64,000 bases of DNA from Octopus sinensis (GCF_006345805.1 NC_043004.1:38688001-38752000); one strand, 5' to 3'. Counted from the stretch's first letter, positions 24,702 to 40,113 are shown. Notes: generated by a model from the sequence alone, not told the origin. A program made the numbers and translations.

Positions 24702-25293
24702 ATCGGAAAAGATACAGTGGAGGAATCTGCATCGAAGCGAGCAGTTTTGGAATTTGTGTGAAGCAAGATGTGTATAAATGCACAGGTTCCAGCAAATATT
24801 GTTTCTGGCGATAGTGCTACATTTAAATTCAACGATCCAATTAATCTTCGGAACTGTAATTACTGGGGACTTAAGAATAACAGGATGGTGTGGTTTAGCA
24901 TCAAAGAGATCAATAAGGCCATACATTTTTGACGGTACTATAACTGATCTCATTTCCCTGAACTTACTGCGACGTTGAAAATGTGGAATTTTATTTCCAG
25001 TAAAACGGGGCCACCTACACACTGATTGCCAAAGTAATGCAAAGGCTTACATCGATGAAATCTAGACACATCTGGATACATTGGACATGAAGTCACTAGA
25101 TATTTTCATACAAATTATTAAACGATACAGTTTACAGGAGGAAACCAGCAGTAGGGCAACCATTAATGTACACGCAAATACTAGCAAAATATTTCCAGAT
25201 GCTCTCGATTCCATTCGGTCGCCTAAATCGCCAGTGTCTGTAAAAGAACAATCACGAAGTTGAAAATGTCACTACTTAAGATACTCGGAATAG

Positions 25294-25950
25294 TCTATAA
25301 TAATAAAAGGAAAGTTTTTGTGTTTGTGAATTTGTTACTTTAACTCCTCCGAGACTGTTCAACAGGCTCAGAAGAAACTTGACACGTGTTGGGGGCTTAT
25401 GTCCATGCGGCCCCTTACGGACATGGAATTTTTAAAAAAATCGATTTTCAATCAGCATCGATTTTTCAAAAGTGGTAAAATTTCGGTATTTTTCGCACTA
25501 GGAATCATGACATCAATTTGACGAAAAATGTTTCATGGATATAAACATCTTATTAACAGTAATCTAATTCTTCATTTCAATGCGAAGTTTTTGATTTGCT
25601 AAAACTTGTGATTTCAATTCGTTGTTTTAATTCCCCAGCACTTCAGGTTTTGATTAGGGAAGACCATTTTGTTTCTCAAGCAAAATTTATGCATTTCGCA
25701 CACTTCCGATCGTGACATCAATTTACCGAAATCTGACCCCCAAAAGGAAAATTTCGCCATTTTACCCACATTCAGAAAAGTGATGACGACACGGGTCATT
25801 ACCAGACTGCTAATCTTTTCGTCAAGTGTGTCCTAGTCATCAATATAGATTTAACCTTTTTTGAAAAATGTCAAAATTTGACGAAAAATATTTCATGGCT
25901 ATAAACAGACATCTTATTAACGGTAACATTTTACCGGGCACCTCAGCTAG
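25294..25950 (+). mobile_element. Non-autonomous Helitron
   Basis: 5' TC(tataataataaaagg...) and 3' hairpin CGGTAA-catt-TTACCG (25921-25936) 10 nt before terminal CTAG (25947-25950) followed by T. There is an internal ~50-bp duplicated block. The 5' flank is G rather than the usual A. Confidence 0.65.
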
Positions 25951-26734
25951 TTTCTAATAAATCTTCTAAAAGATACGTATCTTCTTAAACGCTGATACTA
26001 TAATCATTTAGTGTATATAATTTTGGTGATGCTCAGTATAAGCTGTGAATAAAATAACGGTGTAATAATATAAAAGCTCCAAGAGGCACATTCAGTAAAT
26101 ATTTCATTGACTTCTCCGAAATTAATAAATTAATCGCATATCGTAGTTGCTTCAATACGGTCACGATTCAAGTACTGAAGCCAGTATTTTTATTTCTTAT
26201 TATTCCGATAAAGAAAAATTTCAAGGTAGAACGTTTATCAAATTTTAAAAAATTAACCATGTCAAGGGAAGTAACTGTCAAAGTCGATTGTTTGTCATTG
26301 TTATGCCCCTTTAGATAATAGGCAAGGGAGATAACTCTAACGTTTTATTTTTAATAGTTTTCTTAAGATCGTATTAAAAATCATATTTGGAATGAGGTAA
26401 AGTACCCATGATTATTAAGTGACAGTCCGTTTAAAAAAGTTAATGATTTTTAAGATTATTGAATTCTTAAGGGATGGATCTTAGAAGCTATTAGAATTAA
26501 ACTATCTCAGTTATTTATTAAACATGCGTTCCACGATCCATGACTGTGTATTTCAGCAGTAGTTTTATCATCGTTTGTTTCAAAAACTTTAGCAAATGTC
26601 TCGGTGGTGTGTTGATGGAAATCAACATCATGATTTATGATTTACCGATTACTTACCGATGCTGCGTTATCTGCTAAGAACTATTTTCAAAACATTCAGC
26701 ACTTGTTTTAGGTAATATTCTTTGTCAGGTACGT

Positions 26735-27640
<906 letters not shown>

Positions 27641-27899
27641 AAGTACGCCTTTGCTGGAGCAGATAGAAGTGGCTCGCAAAGATTCCAATGATCGTGCATT
27701 CGACTGTACTTACGTTCTGAGTTTAAATGCCGCTGAGGTCGACTTTGCCTTTAATCATTGCGGATTTGATGAAATGAGTACCAGTTGGACACTGCTATCG
27801 ATGTAATCTCATTTTTAGATAATCTTTTATATCGTCTGTTCCCACATAGTTTTATGACTCCTGTATTTGTTATGTAATGGCCATTAATTCTTCTTCTAT

Positions 27900-28023
27900 T
27901 TGTTGCTGTTGTTGTTGTTCTTCTTCTTCTTGTTCTTCTTCTTGTTCTTCTTCTTGTTCTTGTTCTTCTTCTTGTTCTTCTTCTTCCTCCTCCTCCTCCT
28001 CCTCCTTCTTGCTGTTGTTTTTG

Positions 28024-28102
<79 letters not shown>

Positions 28103-28237
28103 TCATCATCATCATTATCATTATCATTGTCGTGGTCGTGGTCGTCGTCATCATCATCATTATTTGACATCTTGTTCACTTGATAACAATGACACTCTAT
28201 TTTTGTTACCTCAATCCAATTAATAATAATAATAATC

Positions 28238-28330
<93 letters not shown>
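27900..28330. repeat. Compound trinucleotide microsatellites (TTC, ATT, AGT, ATC, AAT)
   Basis: Directly visible. Confidence 0.95.
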
Positions 28331-28331
<1 letters not shown>

Positions 28332-28664
28332 GGACGTGTCGTTGCAGAAACACTACAGCATCGGAAATAATGCTTTTTGAAGTCAAAAAATAAAGAACTA
28401 GTAACGTGCTGTACTCGAACACGTCATCCAATCCCTTCCCTGGAAATGTACTAGTCATGTGTCTAAATAAGGAACAATTATTAAGTTTATTTTTTTCATA
28501 GCCGTCTTTTTTGCTGATATTAATGTGAAATATCAGCATACTGCACAACAATTGGCCTTTATGTGCCCTCCAAATATGTGCTTATTGTATTTTAGGAATA
28601 TTGAGGTGTGATCACAAATACTGCATCAGTTTTGATTTACTATAGTATTATTTTTAGGGCTCTC

Positions 28665-29064
28665 TTTTACTCTTTTACTTGTTTCAGTTATTTTACTGCG
28701 GCCATGCTGGAGCACCGCCCTTTAGTCGAGTAAATCGACCCTAGAACTTATTCTTTGAAAGCCTAGTACTTATTCTATCAGTGTCTTTTGTTGAACCGCT
28801 AGGTTACGGGGAAGTAAACACACCACCATCGGTTGTCAATTGACGGTGGGGAAAAAACAGACACACAAACACTTACACACACATATATATATATACATAT
28901 ATACGACGGGCTTATTCCAGTTCCCGTCTACTAAATCCACTCACAAGGCTTTGGTCGGCCCGAGGCTATAGTAGAAAACTTGCCCAAGGTGTCACGCAGT
29001 GGGAATGAACCCGGAACCATGTGGTTGGTAAGCAAGCTACTTACCACACAGCCACTCCTGCGCC
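28665..29064 (-). mobile_element. Near full-length tRNA-derived SINE, family B
   Basis: ggcgcaggagtggctgtgtggtaag...ggttccgggttc head; tail ends gaaacaagtaaaagagtaaaagag. Confidence 0.85.
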
Positions 29065-29515
29065 TACAGTCTGTTAAGTTATTTTAGCCTTTCATCGCTG
29101 CAGTAGAGTTTGTGCGACATGAGGTGTGTAATCTTGTGGGGCTTGTTGTCACGATGTATAACTTTTAGTGTTGGATGATGAGAGTGTTTGAGTGGTTTCG
29201 AATTAGAGTATCGGCCATGATTTATATAAGAGTACGTGTGTTAATTTAGTGGGTCTGATTGTCAATATTATACACTATGTTATACTGCACAGTTGTAATT
29301 CAGCAGAGAATATGTTGTGTGAGATATGAGAATGAATTAGTTAGGAAACATCTAATGCATGTATATTGCACAGAGAATGTACTTTTCATTTGAAGTGTGA
29401 CGGATGGCTTTTCCTAAGGTCTCAATCACACGTAACATTTTTGTTGGAATGATGTATTCAAAATCTTACTCAACATTGATTTGGAAGGCATTGGTAATAA
29501 TATTGCTTTAAAAGA

Positions 29516-29750
29516 AGGCGGCGAGCTGGTAGAAACGTTAGCACGCCGGGCGAAAAGCGAAGCCGTATTTCGTCTGCCGTTACTTTCTGAGCTCAAGTTC
29601 CGCCAAGGTCGAATTTGCCTTCTATCCTTTCGGGGTCGATAAATTAAGTACCAGTTACGCACTGGGGTCGATGTAATCGACTTAATCCGTTTGTCTGTCC
29701 TTGTTTGTCCTCTCTGTGTTTAGCCCCTTGTGGGTAGTAAAGAAATAAGT
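29516..29750 (+). mobile_element. tRNA-derived SINE, family A (other copies ~18955+, 27690+, 37400-, 38815-, 46925-, 51400-, 62680-)
   Basis: Conserved ggcggcgagctgg...aagttccgccaaggtcga...cctttcggggtcgataaattaagtaccagttacgcactggggtcgatgtaatcgac core recurs across the window. Confidence 0.85.
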
Positions 29751-30331
29751 ATTGCTTTAAAAGAAATTAGCTGTTTAGGAGAACTGAAATAATCTTAAAC
29801 GTAATTCATAATGGATTTTGCATATTGTTTGCTTAAAACCTGCAAAAAAAAAATATTAAAAAATCTCCAATTGACACTACTTAATATATGATGTATTTAT
29901 AACAGTTTATTTACAACGGCATGAAACTCGTAAGACGTAAGCTAAAGTAGGAACGGAAAATAATGCGTTCATCAATGATAAAAATGAAGAGGGAATAATA
30001 TACAACTAACGTTCTATTAACAGAAATAAACAGATATATAAATCGATAACAATACAATGATATCATCGTAAAAATATATGTTTGCATCTACGTATTATGG
30101 ATCCATATACATACATAGACATATATGTATGCTGTTAAAAATGATTATTATTTACTCTATTAAATGCTAGTCTTCTATTATGATTTCTTTTTTTCAGTAT
30201 TTGTATAAGTAAAATCAAAATACATATCTGTGATGTACAGATATAACTTACGGAGACGTACAGTCTTTATTTATAAGGAATAGCATTTATGAAAGTTATC
30301 ACAAACTATATGTATACACGCACACAAATAG

Positions 30332-30420
<89 letters not shown>

Positions 30421-30741
30421 AATACACACACACACACGCACATATGTATAGTGTGCATGTGTGCATGTGTGCATGCGTGTGTATAAGTATATATACGCAC
30501 ATATACATATATATAAGCATGTGCTTATATATATATATATGTATGTATGTATGCATATATATGTGTATGTATATATATATCATATATATATCATTGTACA
30601 AAATGGAAGGATGAAACTTACAGAAATTAAATACAGTCATACTATTCATATTACAACTTACTTTCACAGCTCACGTTAACACACACACACACACTTAATT
30701 ATGCACACGCACGCACACACATTTCCATACATGTATGTATG

Positions 30742-30828
<87 letters not shown>

Positions 30829-31322
30829 CATATATATATACATATATATATATATATACATAACATACATACATACATAAATACAAACATATAATTATAT
30901 ACAGGTATACGTCATTTAACATACATGTGAATTTATGCGTAGGTTGCAAGCGTTGTTGATGCACGTCTGTATGCATGGTAGTGTTTGTGGTGTGAGTGAT
31001 TATGCTGTGTGGATGCATGTGTTACTTTCAGTCGATGTATACATTCATTGTCCTACTACACATTTACAATATAATATATAAAGTAACTGCGTGTATATGA
31101 TTTTAAGGACAAAATGTATTATCGTATGTATGATACATCCATGTTTACATAATATATTGGTTTGTTTATGAGCAGAAACATCATACATTCAGAGGAAGTA
31201 ACGACTTTTCATGAGATTTAAACGAGATGAAGTTCTTCAGTTCATGTTGTCTTTGTTCGAAGTGATACGTTGTCTCTACTATTCTTTCTTCTTTTCCTAT
31301 CTTGCTTGCTTCCAGCCTGGTA

Positions 31323-31407
31323 TCATTCTTGGTAGATAATAACTTCGCATAATACCAAACTACCGGTTCCATTCTCGTTTGTTCCGTTCAAGATTATGCC
31401 TACATAT
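31323..31407 (-). CDS. F-type lectin-like gene, terminal coding exon (R)YVGIILNGTNENGTGSLVLCEVIIYQE*
   Basis: Acceptor ttcatttcag; phase 2 matches the exon at 38601; GRYV...L.LCEV is the conserved C-terminus of F-type lectin domains. Confidence 0.85.
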
Positions 31408-33899
31408 CTGAAATGAAAGCAAACACGTTATTGTGTATTTACAGTATATTGATATATGTATGTGTGTATGTGTGTCTGTGTGTGAGTGTGTGTATACGCA
31501 CACACATATATATATGTATACACACACACATATATATACGTGTATGTATATATGTATATGTATGTAAGTATTGATGTATAAATATAAGCGAATACACAAA
31601 TACAAAACACAGCCACACAAGCATATTCATAAATATATATTCATAAAACCATAGAATCCGATAAAACAAAACCTGACATGCGTTGACAAAATGAGTTAAT
31701 AAGAAATGCATGAATAAAATAAGTTTATGTGCTCTAAAATAAGGTTAATCCTGATTCGTGTATGAAGGTACCTGCAAAAAGTTGTTTTTGCTATCGATCT
31801 TGCTATTACCATGCATCTTTCAGAGCATACAAAAAATATACGAGTGTTCTAATTTGTGCCTGCAATAAGAAATGAACATTACGTAAAAATAGACAAAATA
31901 CATATATATGTACGCGTCTATGTGAATCTCTGTTTACACGACACGCATGCGGATACACACACACATAAACACAACATACACACGAGCGCACATGCGAACA
32001 CACACACACACACACACACAAATACACATATTAAAAATAACTTAAAAATACAGCACACATATTCTTTTCTCTATTGCCCATAAAGGGCCAAGACACATAT
32101 TTTATGCCTTGTCGATTAGGCAGCTGCAAATATTTGTGGGCAGGATCAGATTGAGAATATTTTTAGGTGTTGCAGTACAGTTGAAGCACTTCTTTTTTAA
32201 TATATCGAACTTATTTATTTAGTTCTCCACTTGCTTCAGATACTCTCGCCGTGTGATGCACAAGCATTCGCTTACTGAAGCGAGTACCACTATGACATTT
32301 CGAACCTAACACCCAGTGCCTGTGAATAATTGCAACACTTCGAAGTTCCACTTAGAGCGTAATGCCTCTCAAAGTATCCAACCTTCGCAACAATCAGTTC
32401 GGTTCCAATTGCTGTTGAGCAAAAAGGGCATCATTCACGAAGGAGCACTTCTATTACATTTTTTGTCGGGTAAAAACCTATCGATATAGTACATTATATC
32501 TCTGAAAAAATGTGTTAACACTAGTAAGTTTCTTCTTGAGCTGGCCGCCAAAAATATGTTCTGTATGCAAATTGTTCTATCGATTTTATTCCAGCCTTTA
32601 TTAACGTTGGGGTAACAAGCAATATTTCTGTGAATAGTGGGAGAGAGTACTCCATCCCTTATGAAATGGCAGCACCAGTTTGATACTAGTTTAGTTGTCC
32701 CCTGGTTTCCTATTCATCAAAATATTTTATTGACATACGATATACGTGTAAGCATGACTGTGCAATTAACAAGCTCGGTTTGCAAATACGCGGTTTTGTT
32801 TAGAGTTCCACTGCGCGGCATCGTGAACAAGTATTGTCTACTATAGCCCCGGATCGACTTAGGTCGACGGAAGTTGTGTGGAAGCCCTTCATAGAATAAA
32901 TTCCAGACGTAAAAATATAAGGATTGGCGTAGATTTGTTCAACAAAATCCTTCTAGGAAATGCTTCCACACAATTTCTGTCTACCAGGTTAGTTGCCGAC
33001 GAAAAAAATATTCATATCTTAGTTTATACATGGCATTTGCTAAATATCGTTAGATATACTTTACAATACAATATACAATATGTTATAGTAAAACACGGTA
33101 TAACTAACGTATTAATAATCTACTCTAGGTTTTCTACATTACAGTGTTAATACTATAGTACACGTGTGCAAAAAAACCTTTTCGTACGACACATATTCCC
33201 CAAAAACAGTTATAATTCTGTTTCTTTCAATGGTTCTAAAGCAGGCAACATTTAGTTCTTTTATTCAGTTCGTAATTGTTTTCATATATAATTCTTCCAT
33301 GCATATTACTTGTTGAAGCTAGATCTTCCGTCACTTTAGTATTCGCATTAATTCTTGAAATGAACAGTAATAATACAAAAGAGCTAGACACGTCAGTTGA
33401 TACATAAAGAGTCAAAGAGAATCACAGGAAATTTTGTGCTTTATTGATTAATTCGCATGGGATGCCGACTCCTATGTCTTCGAATTTCCTAGTTACAGTT
33501 TGCGGAAATATTCGTGAAAAAAATACCTGTATCCTCCAGATATACTTTAACAGTTGCTATGATACAATAATTAATTCACCGTTAATTAATACTGTTCTTT
33601 CCATAAGAATAAGACATTCTCAAACTAGATTAATTCAAAAATTTCATTTCCTTTCCCTTTCTTTACATGTATTCTAATGAAATTTCCCGTGGTAAATTCC
33701 TCGGCAAATTCCGTTGTTTCACGCTATCATCTTGATGTTTAGATGGGAATATTGAATTATGCTTACATACATCATATAACATAAAAAACTTTTCTGGAGT
33801 TCTTCTATTATAAAATATTCCAATACTGTGGTATTCTCGAAAGACACGACAGTAAAATTCATTTTCTCGGATTGTCCATCCATCCATCCATCCATCCCA

Positions 33900-33998
<99 letters not shown>

Positions 33999-34073
33999 GC
34001 TAGCTAGCTACTTAGCTACCTATCTACTTATTTTTCTTTCTTTCTTTCTTTCTCTCTCTCTCTCTTTCTCTCC

Positions 34074-34104
<31 letters not shown>

Positions 34105-34339
34105 CAACGATCTCGAACCCACAAGACTAAACAAGAGAGACAGATACAGGCAAAAACAAGGAAAATGCCACTTGTATTTGAACACTATACAAATATTCTT
34201 TTAAAAAAGCTTTTTTTAAATTTTTCTAAATTTAATTGTTTTCCATACTTAAAGTTGAAAAAATCTCAATGACTGAAGCCAGTACTGAAATGTTTTTTAT
34301 AAAATTATTTTAGCATTTTCTATCTTGACTTTTTTCCAA

Positions 34340-34540
34340 ATATACCTTTGAGCGTTAGCTCCTACACGCATTTTTTCTCTCCTTGTTTCTCTCCTTGTTT
34401 TTTTCTGTGTATCTTTCTGTCGAAGAGCGTAGGCTCGAAACGTAAAAGACTTTTTCTATTCCTGAGCGCTATACTAATACATTTGTTTGTTTGTACTCCA
34501 CCTGCCTTCGTCTTTTGTTTATTTTCGTAAACTTTCCCTT
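34340..34540 (+). mobile_element. Solo PLE pseudo-LTR with CUGUCGA hammerhead variant (34412-34449)
   Basis: Homologous to 2150-2330 (minus) and 45810-46000; the 3' end runs into (TA)n. Confidence 0.75.
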
Positions 34541-34699
34541 TATATATATGTACTTGATCATTTGATCACTCTCTCTCACTCTGTCTTTTGCTCTTCCCTC
34601 CGGCTAGGTAACTAGGTATCTCCTTTACCGTAGCACACCTGTTTCTGGTCTCTTTCTTGTTAACTCTCACTCTATCTCTCTTTCTGCCTTTCATCCTCT

Positions 34700-35065
34700 G
34701 ACACAAGACCAGCTCCTCCAATGCCACTTCCCCTTTCAAAGAATCCTCGTCTAGCAAAGCTAACTGGTAACCCTGCCGGTGCAGGTGCCACTTAAAATGC
34801 CTCAAGTCTGCGCTGTAGTTGACATTTGGATAGGCATCCAGCTGCAAAAACCATGCCATCACTGACCTCGCATTTTTTAATGTCAAATAAAACGTATTCA
34901 GCCGGCTCTGCGGAGTAATTGATGATCGAAAGGGCATGCAACCGTAAAAAACAGCACGCAGAAAAAATGACACAGAGGTATAGTACAGGCTCCTGTCTGG
35001 CAGCTCTTGTCAAACCGTTCAACTCTTGCCATGGACGGAGAACGTTAAACAATGATGAGGATGAC
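34700..35065 (+). mobile_element. Degenerate SINE-like repeat with RTE-like (GAT)n tail
   Basis: Ends ...catggacggagaacgttaaacaatgatgaggatgacgatg; recognised by general resemblance only. Confidence 0.45.
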
Positions 35066-35220
35066 GATGGTGATATATATGTGGTAGCATAAGCATTTAA
35101 ATTGGTTGACCGTTAATTCATCAACAGAGATTATCCGCCCTTAGACCTGTTTTGTTTTCGTCTTGTAGGGTATCCAACAAAAACTAGCCTCTTTATATGT
35201 ATATTTATGATCACAAAAGG

Positions 35221-35549
35221 ATTTTAAATGTTCACAATATCTGTTTCAGCAGCATTTTTTTATTGATGAATAAATCGATTACATCGATTGCATCATGAAA
35301 AGAAATTTGCGTTCATCAGGTGAGTTTAAACTAAGATAAGAGAAAACCCGCTTAGTTAGCCATCGTTCAACCGAGCCAATCGCTTGAACGATCGCTAGCA
35401 AAGCGGGTCGCTCAGACTCCTCTACTTCTCCTGCCTTAGTTTAAACGCAGCCAATGAAAGCGTATTTCCTTCATGATGTAATCGATTTAATCGATCTATT
35501 GGTCAATAAAAGAAATGCTGCTGAAACAGCTGTTGCGAATCTTTAAAAT
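35221..35549. mobile_element. ~330-bp fold-back (MITE-like) element
   Basis: ~125-bp outer arms (roughly 75-80% by eye) plus inner palindrome CCCGCTT...ATCGTTCAA...TTGAACGAT...AAGCGGG. Confidence 0.7.
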
Positions 35550-35837
35550 ACATTTCTGTTCTTTTATACAAAAACCATATCTAGGACCATCCTATGTTGG
35601 ATATGTGACTTACATTGGATCGTAAAATTACGTGCCTATGTATGTGTGTGTGTTGTGTGTGTGTGTGTATGTGTGTGTGTGTGTGTGTATGTCTGTGTAT
35701 TCCTATATATGTGCGTATATTGTTTTATATATATATGTATATACGTCTACGTACATGTGAAACTCAACTGTTTCCCGGCGTTCTGAGAGTTAAAATACCT
35801 AGACTCGAATGAACTCTACACCTGAATCGCTATTTAC

Positions 35838-35895
<58 letters not shown>

Positions 35896-37399
35896 GCACA
35901 CACACCACACACGCACCCACACCCACACACATACACACACATATATGAATGTATTGTGTATATATTTACGTATGTTCGCTTGCATGTATGTATATCAAAG
36001 ACAGCAGGTGTTTTTACAGAAGTGTTAGCATTTTAGCTGAAATTCAATGAACAATAACCGACATATATTGAAATGTAATAAAAGGTTTACATAAAACGTA
36101 TAACGAAGTAGTGTATATAAATTCAATTGTATGAAGTTAAATATTGTTGAGATTAATTTACTGTTTACTGAATAAAAGCGATTAGGTAAAGTTGTTTCCC
36201 ATTTAGTCTGAACGTGCAATTTGATTTAAACAGTTGAGATTATAGGTAGACAAATGGATGATTAAATTATGTGCTTGCTTCTTTCAACATCGATAATATA
36301 GAAAGAGTAAATGGACAGCTACTCAAACTGTCAGGCAACATACTGATTTGTGTAGACAAATAAAGCTGCCTGGGTACTAGTTTCTGCTGAGTCCTCATAA
36401 AACCTCTGAGGAACTAAACACACTATTTGTTGCAAAGAAAGATTAGCAACACATTTGATAACAAAAGTAGGTGTGTGCTTTAGATGTTACCGCTTGCAAT
36501 GAAGAATTAAAACATTTTAAAGTAGGAGTGTTTACTGCATTAGAGTAAAAGCTGTACCAGCAATATTTTAAAATTCTCAACGGAAAATATTTTTGTTTCT
36601 TCCTTCTTTCTTCGAATCGATGATATCATAGCAGCGAATGAGACACAGTATAGTTGCTCTATTGACTTAAGAAGCTTTATAATATTTCACTGATTAAAAT
36701 CTTACACCTGGGGGGCAATTTCGTTTTTACCAAGTTAATAGATCTCATTTTTTTTTTTAATGTAAGTATTGATTTGATTTACTATAGTGCAGAAATGAGA
36801 CTTCTGAACATTATCGTTCGCTAACTGAAAATAGATTAAGAAACAAAGAATCTTTATACGTAACATAACATCATATATTCAATGAAGTCAGTGGCTCAAA
36901 TAGGATGCCTAGCTTTTGCAAAATATCAAATTTCCATTTGTCATCTGCTGCAGTCAATTGTCCAGAATCGATTTGTTCCAGCATCGTTTAAACTGTTAAT
37001 GAAAGAATGTCTTCGTCTCCGAAAAAACAAAAAGACAATACATCTCGTCCATTTAAATATCTCTTTTGTTTTAATCCCTAGTTCAATACCCTCGATCAGA
37101 AACGTAAACTAGCATTCATATCCATAATTTTTCTAATAAATTTGCATTGATTTGGGACATGCGTATTGCTGCTGATGTTTAATTCCACATCAATTATGAT
37201 TATGTAAACCTCGGATGAAAGGTTTTCCAACAGCAACCATGCTGTATTTTCTTCAAGCGTAGTGCAAGTAGCACTGCATATTCCAATGCGTCTATAGCTT
37301 ACTTTTAGACGATAGTGTGCAATTTCGTTTTATTTTAATCTTTTGAATTGGGGAGAGGCTGTTATTGCTAGCGTTGTGCTGCCGTATAGAGGACTACCT

Positions 37400-37626
37400 A
37401 TTTCTTTATTACCCACGAGGGGCTAAACACAGAGGAGAAAAACAAGGAAAGACATAGGTATTAAGTCGATTACATCAACCCAAGTGCGAAACTGGTACTT
37501 AATTTATCGACCCCGAAAGGATGAAAGGCAAATCGACCTCGGCGGAATTTGAACTCACAACGTAACGCAGACGAAATACCGCTAAGCATTTCGCCCGGCG
37601 TGCTAACGTTTCTGCCAGCTCGCCGC
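37400..37626 (-). mobile_element. SINE family A
   Basis: Reverse complement of the 29516-29750 consensus. Confidence 0.85.
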
Positions 37627-38600
37627 GTATAGAGGACTACCGTTGCACATGGCTGCATGGTTGAAGATTGATAGATGGGCATAAGCGGGAGACGTTCAGC
37701 AGAAATTTAATTTGGGCAGAAAGAAATTGCTTCGCATGTATACCTGTGTCATGATAAAGTGATAAGACTTTTGAATGAAAGCGTATAACAAAATATTTTG
37801 AGTAACTTCGTAGCTTCATGAATAAGATGGGTTCTGTAGAAAGACGCTAGGATCTTAATTACACTTTTGTTTTAAGTTCGTATCAATAATGACAAAAGCA
37901 ATGACATGAATTATAACATTCACCCAAAATTCCCACTGATGCTCTAGTGCTTATACTTTTCGAGTACAAGAAGCAATTCTAATTTACGCAAATAAGAAAA
38001 CGCAAAATGATCAATCACGCTAATTTTGAGTATTTTATATGAGGGTGGTACAATGACAGTCACGGTTAAGTGATGTTTCTTTAAATAGCATGCATGATTT
38101 ATGTAAATGCCTCTATAATAAGAGTTTAAACGCTACTGAAGTAGATGTTTTTCTTTCATCATTCCATGGTGTTTTAAATGTACTAGAAACGCTAGCATAA
38201 TTCTCCCAACAAAAGGATGGTCACGTTGCTTATGTTGAATACTAGAGGAAATGAATCGAGATAATCCGTAGAGCCTCAGACGACAAAATTACAGTTGCGA
38301 ACTGTTACATCATACATTCGATCTGTAACGAAGCCTTGTTATATCTTTCATCATTCTGCAGGTACTGAAATAAGCACAAATAAAATACAGGGATTGATAT
38401 AACACCCTTTGACTTTTACGGATTATCTGGAATTGTAGCAAAAAATAGACATAATCTTTGATAAATGACAGAAATGCATTCAGTAAAAAAGTAAAATCAG
38501 CCTGAAGAGTAAAATAATTCTTGTGGTTAGACAAAATGTGGGGTTTCATTTTCTTTACTTTATATCAAGCTACGTGGTAAAACATTAAGCCGTGTGTTAC

Positions 38601-38730
38601 CTTCCACTCAAATCTTCTTCACAGAATATAGTGGCAAGTGGAGTTGACGGAACACTGTGATATCGCTTACAAACTTGGTTTTCAGTTACGTTCGGGCTGG
38701 TTCCAACATGTACGTCGAATCGTTGCGGAG
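38601..38730 (-). CDS. F-type lectin-like gene exon (S)PQRFDVHVGTSPNVTENQVCKRYHSVPSTPLATIFCEEDLSG(R)
   Basis: tatttcag acceptor and AG|gtaaca donor; 130 nt, phase 1 to 2; F.V.VG...N..C...T..C...GR pattern. Confidence 0.85.
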
Positions 38731-38814
38731 CTGAAATAGACGATTATTTAGTTGTTATAGTTTTCTATAGTTCGTTATTAATAGAGTTTATCTCCGCGTA
38801 TATATTTATATATT

Positions 38815-39043
38815 TCTTTACTACCCACAAGGGGCTAAACACAGAGGGGACAAACAAGGATAGACAAAGGGATTAAGTCAATTACATCGACCCCAGTGCG
38901 TAACTGGTACTTAATTTATCGACCCCGAAAGGATGAAAGGCAAAGTCGACCTCGGCGGAATTTGAACCCGGAACGTAACGACAGACGAAATACGGCTACA
39001 CATTTCGCCCGGCGTGCTAACGTTTCTGCCAGTTCGCCGCCTA
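38815..39043 (-). mobile_element. SINE family A
   Basis: Reverse complement of the 29516-29750 consensus. Confidence 0.85.
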
Positions 39044-39119
39044 CGTTAAAGAATGCTAAAACGTACACACAAACACACACGCACAAACACACACACATAA
39101 ACACACGCACATACACGTG

Positions 39120-39560
39120 CACGAGTGGTTACCCAAAAGAAAATGCAATTTTGCAATAGTATTTTATTCACTTCGTTTTACACGTTTGCACTTTTATCGC
39201 CTTTAAAATATTCTCCATTTGAAGCAATGTATCAGTTCAGGCACGTTTTGCGCTATTCGAATCAGTGCTGGAGCTCTTGCGAAGTAATGCCTTTATGGCT
39301 TTTATCCTCACTTCTTCCCCATCTGCAAATTGTGTAGCATCAGCTTTCGTCACCAGTAATGACATTCGAAAAAAAGGTTCAGATCAACTTCCAACTGTTC
39401 TTTCAGTTCACGACACGCATTCAGTTGTTAATGCTTTGGATCGCACGTAAGCGAGGCACACATTTGACTACGGATAGGCTGAGGCGTTTTCGGGCTTTGA
39501 ATTGATCTTCTAAGCCTCATTATTTCTCTGAATATCAATTCCATTACATGGAATGATATT
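39120..39560 (-). mobile_element. Internally deleted mariner relic
   Basis: Minus translation ELKEQLEVDLNLFSNVITGDES and CIASNGEYFKGDK, followed by TIR-like sequence. Confidence 0.7.
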
Positions 39561-39589
39561 TGCCGTCCCTGACGCTCTTGTTGTTGCTG

Positions 39590-39723
39590 CTGCTACTGCT
39601 GCTGCTGCTGATAATGATGATGGTGACGATGACGATGACGATGATGATGATGATGATGATGAGGATGATGACGACGACGACGACGATGATGATGATGATG
39701 ATGATGATGATGAGGATGATGAC

Positions 39724-39755
<32 letters not shown>

Positions 39756-39940
39756 CGACGACGACGACGACGACGACGATGATGATGATGATGATGATGA
39801 CGACAACGATGATGATGATAATGATGATGATGATGATGATGATGACGACGACAACGACGATAATGATGATGACGATGATGATGACGACGACGACGACGAT
39901 GATGATGTTGATGATGATACTGTTGCTGCATATGATAATT
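39590..39940. repeat. (GAT/GAC)n microsatellite
   Basis: Directly visible. Confidence 0.95.
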
Positions 39941-40113
39941 AATGATGTTATAGTTGTTATTGTTCTTCTTACTGCTGCTGATAATAATAATAATAATGGG
40001 GAAAGGATTCAGATAATGATGGTAGAAGTGATGATGATAGAGGATGGTGGCGATAATGTTATTTGTGATGTCGCTGACGACATAGTTGATAATACATCAA
40101 AAGACATACTTAC

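Larger units (their letters stand above)
21300..25260 (-). mobile_element. Heavily decayed Ty3/Gypsy gag-pol remnant, interrupted by microsatellites and a PLE fragment
   Basis: Manual minus translation gives a Cys/His knuckle-like HERVNCKVKNCNTEC...HFVWC (~23870-23970), RT-like GMPFELA (~21860-21880) and RNase-H-like EAEMTNYLWIEKETT*IV (~21420-21470), in canonical order. There are many stops. Confidence 0.4.

Noticed and set aside
32350-33200. Possible mariner relic (KGIIH, YSPG motifs); similar hint at 46300-46480
   Set aside because: The motifs are too degenerate to support a call.
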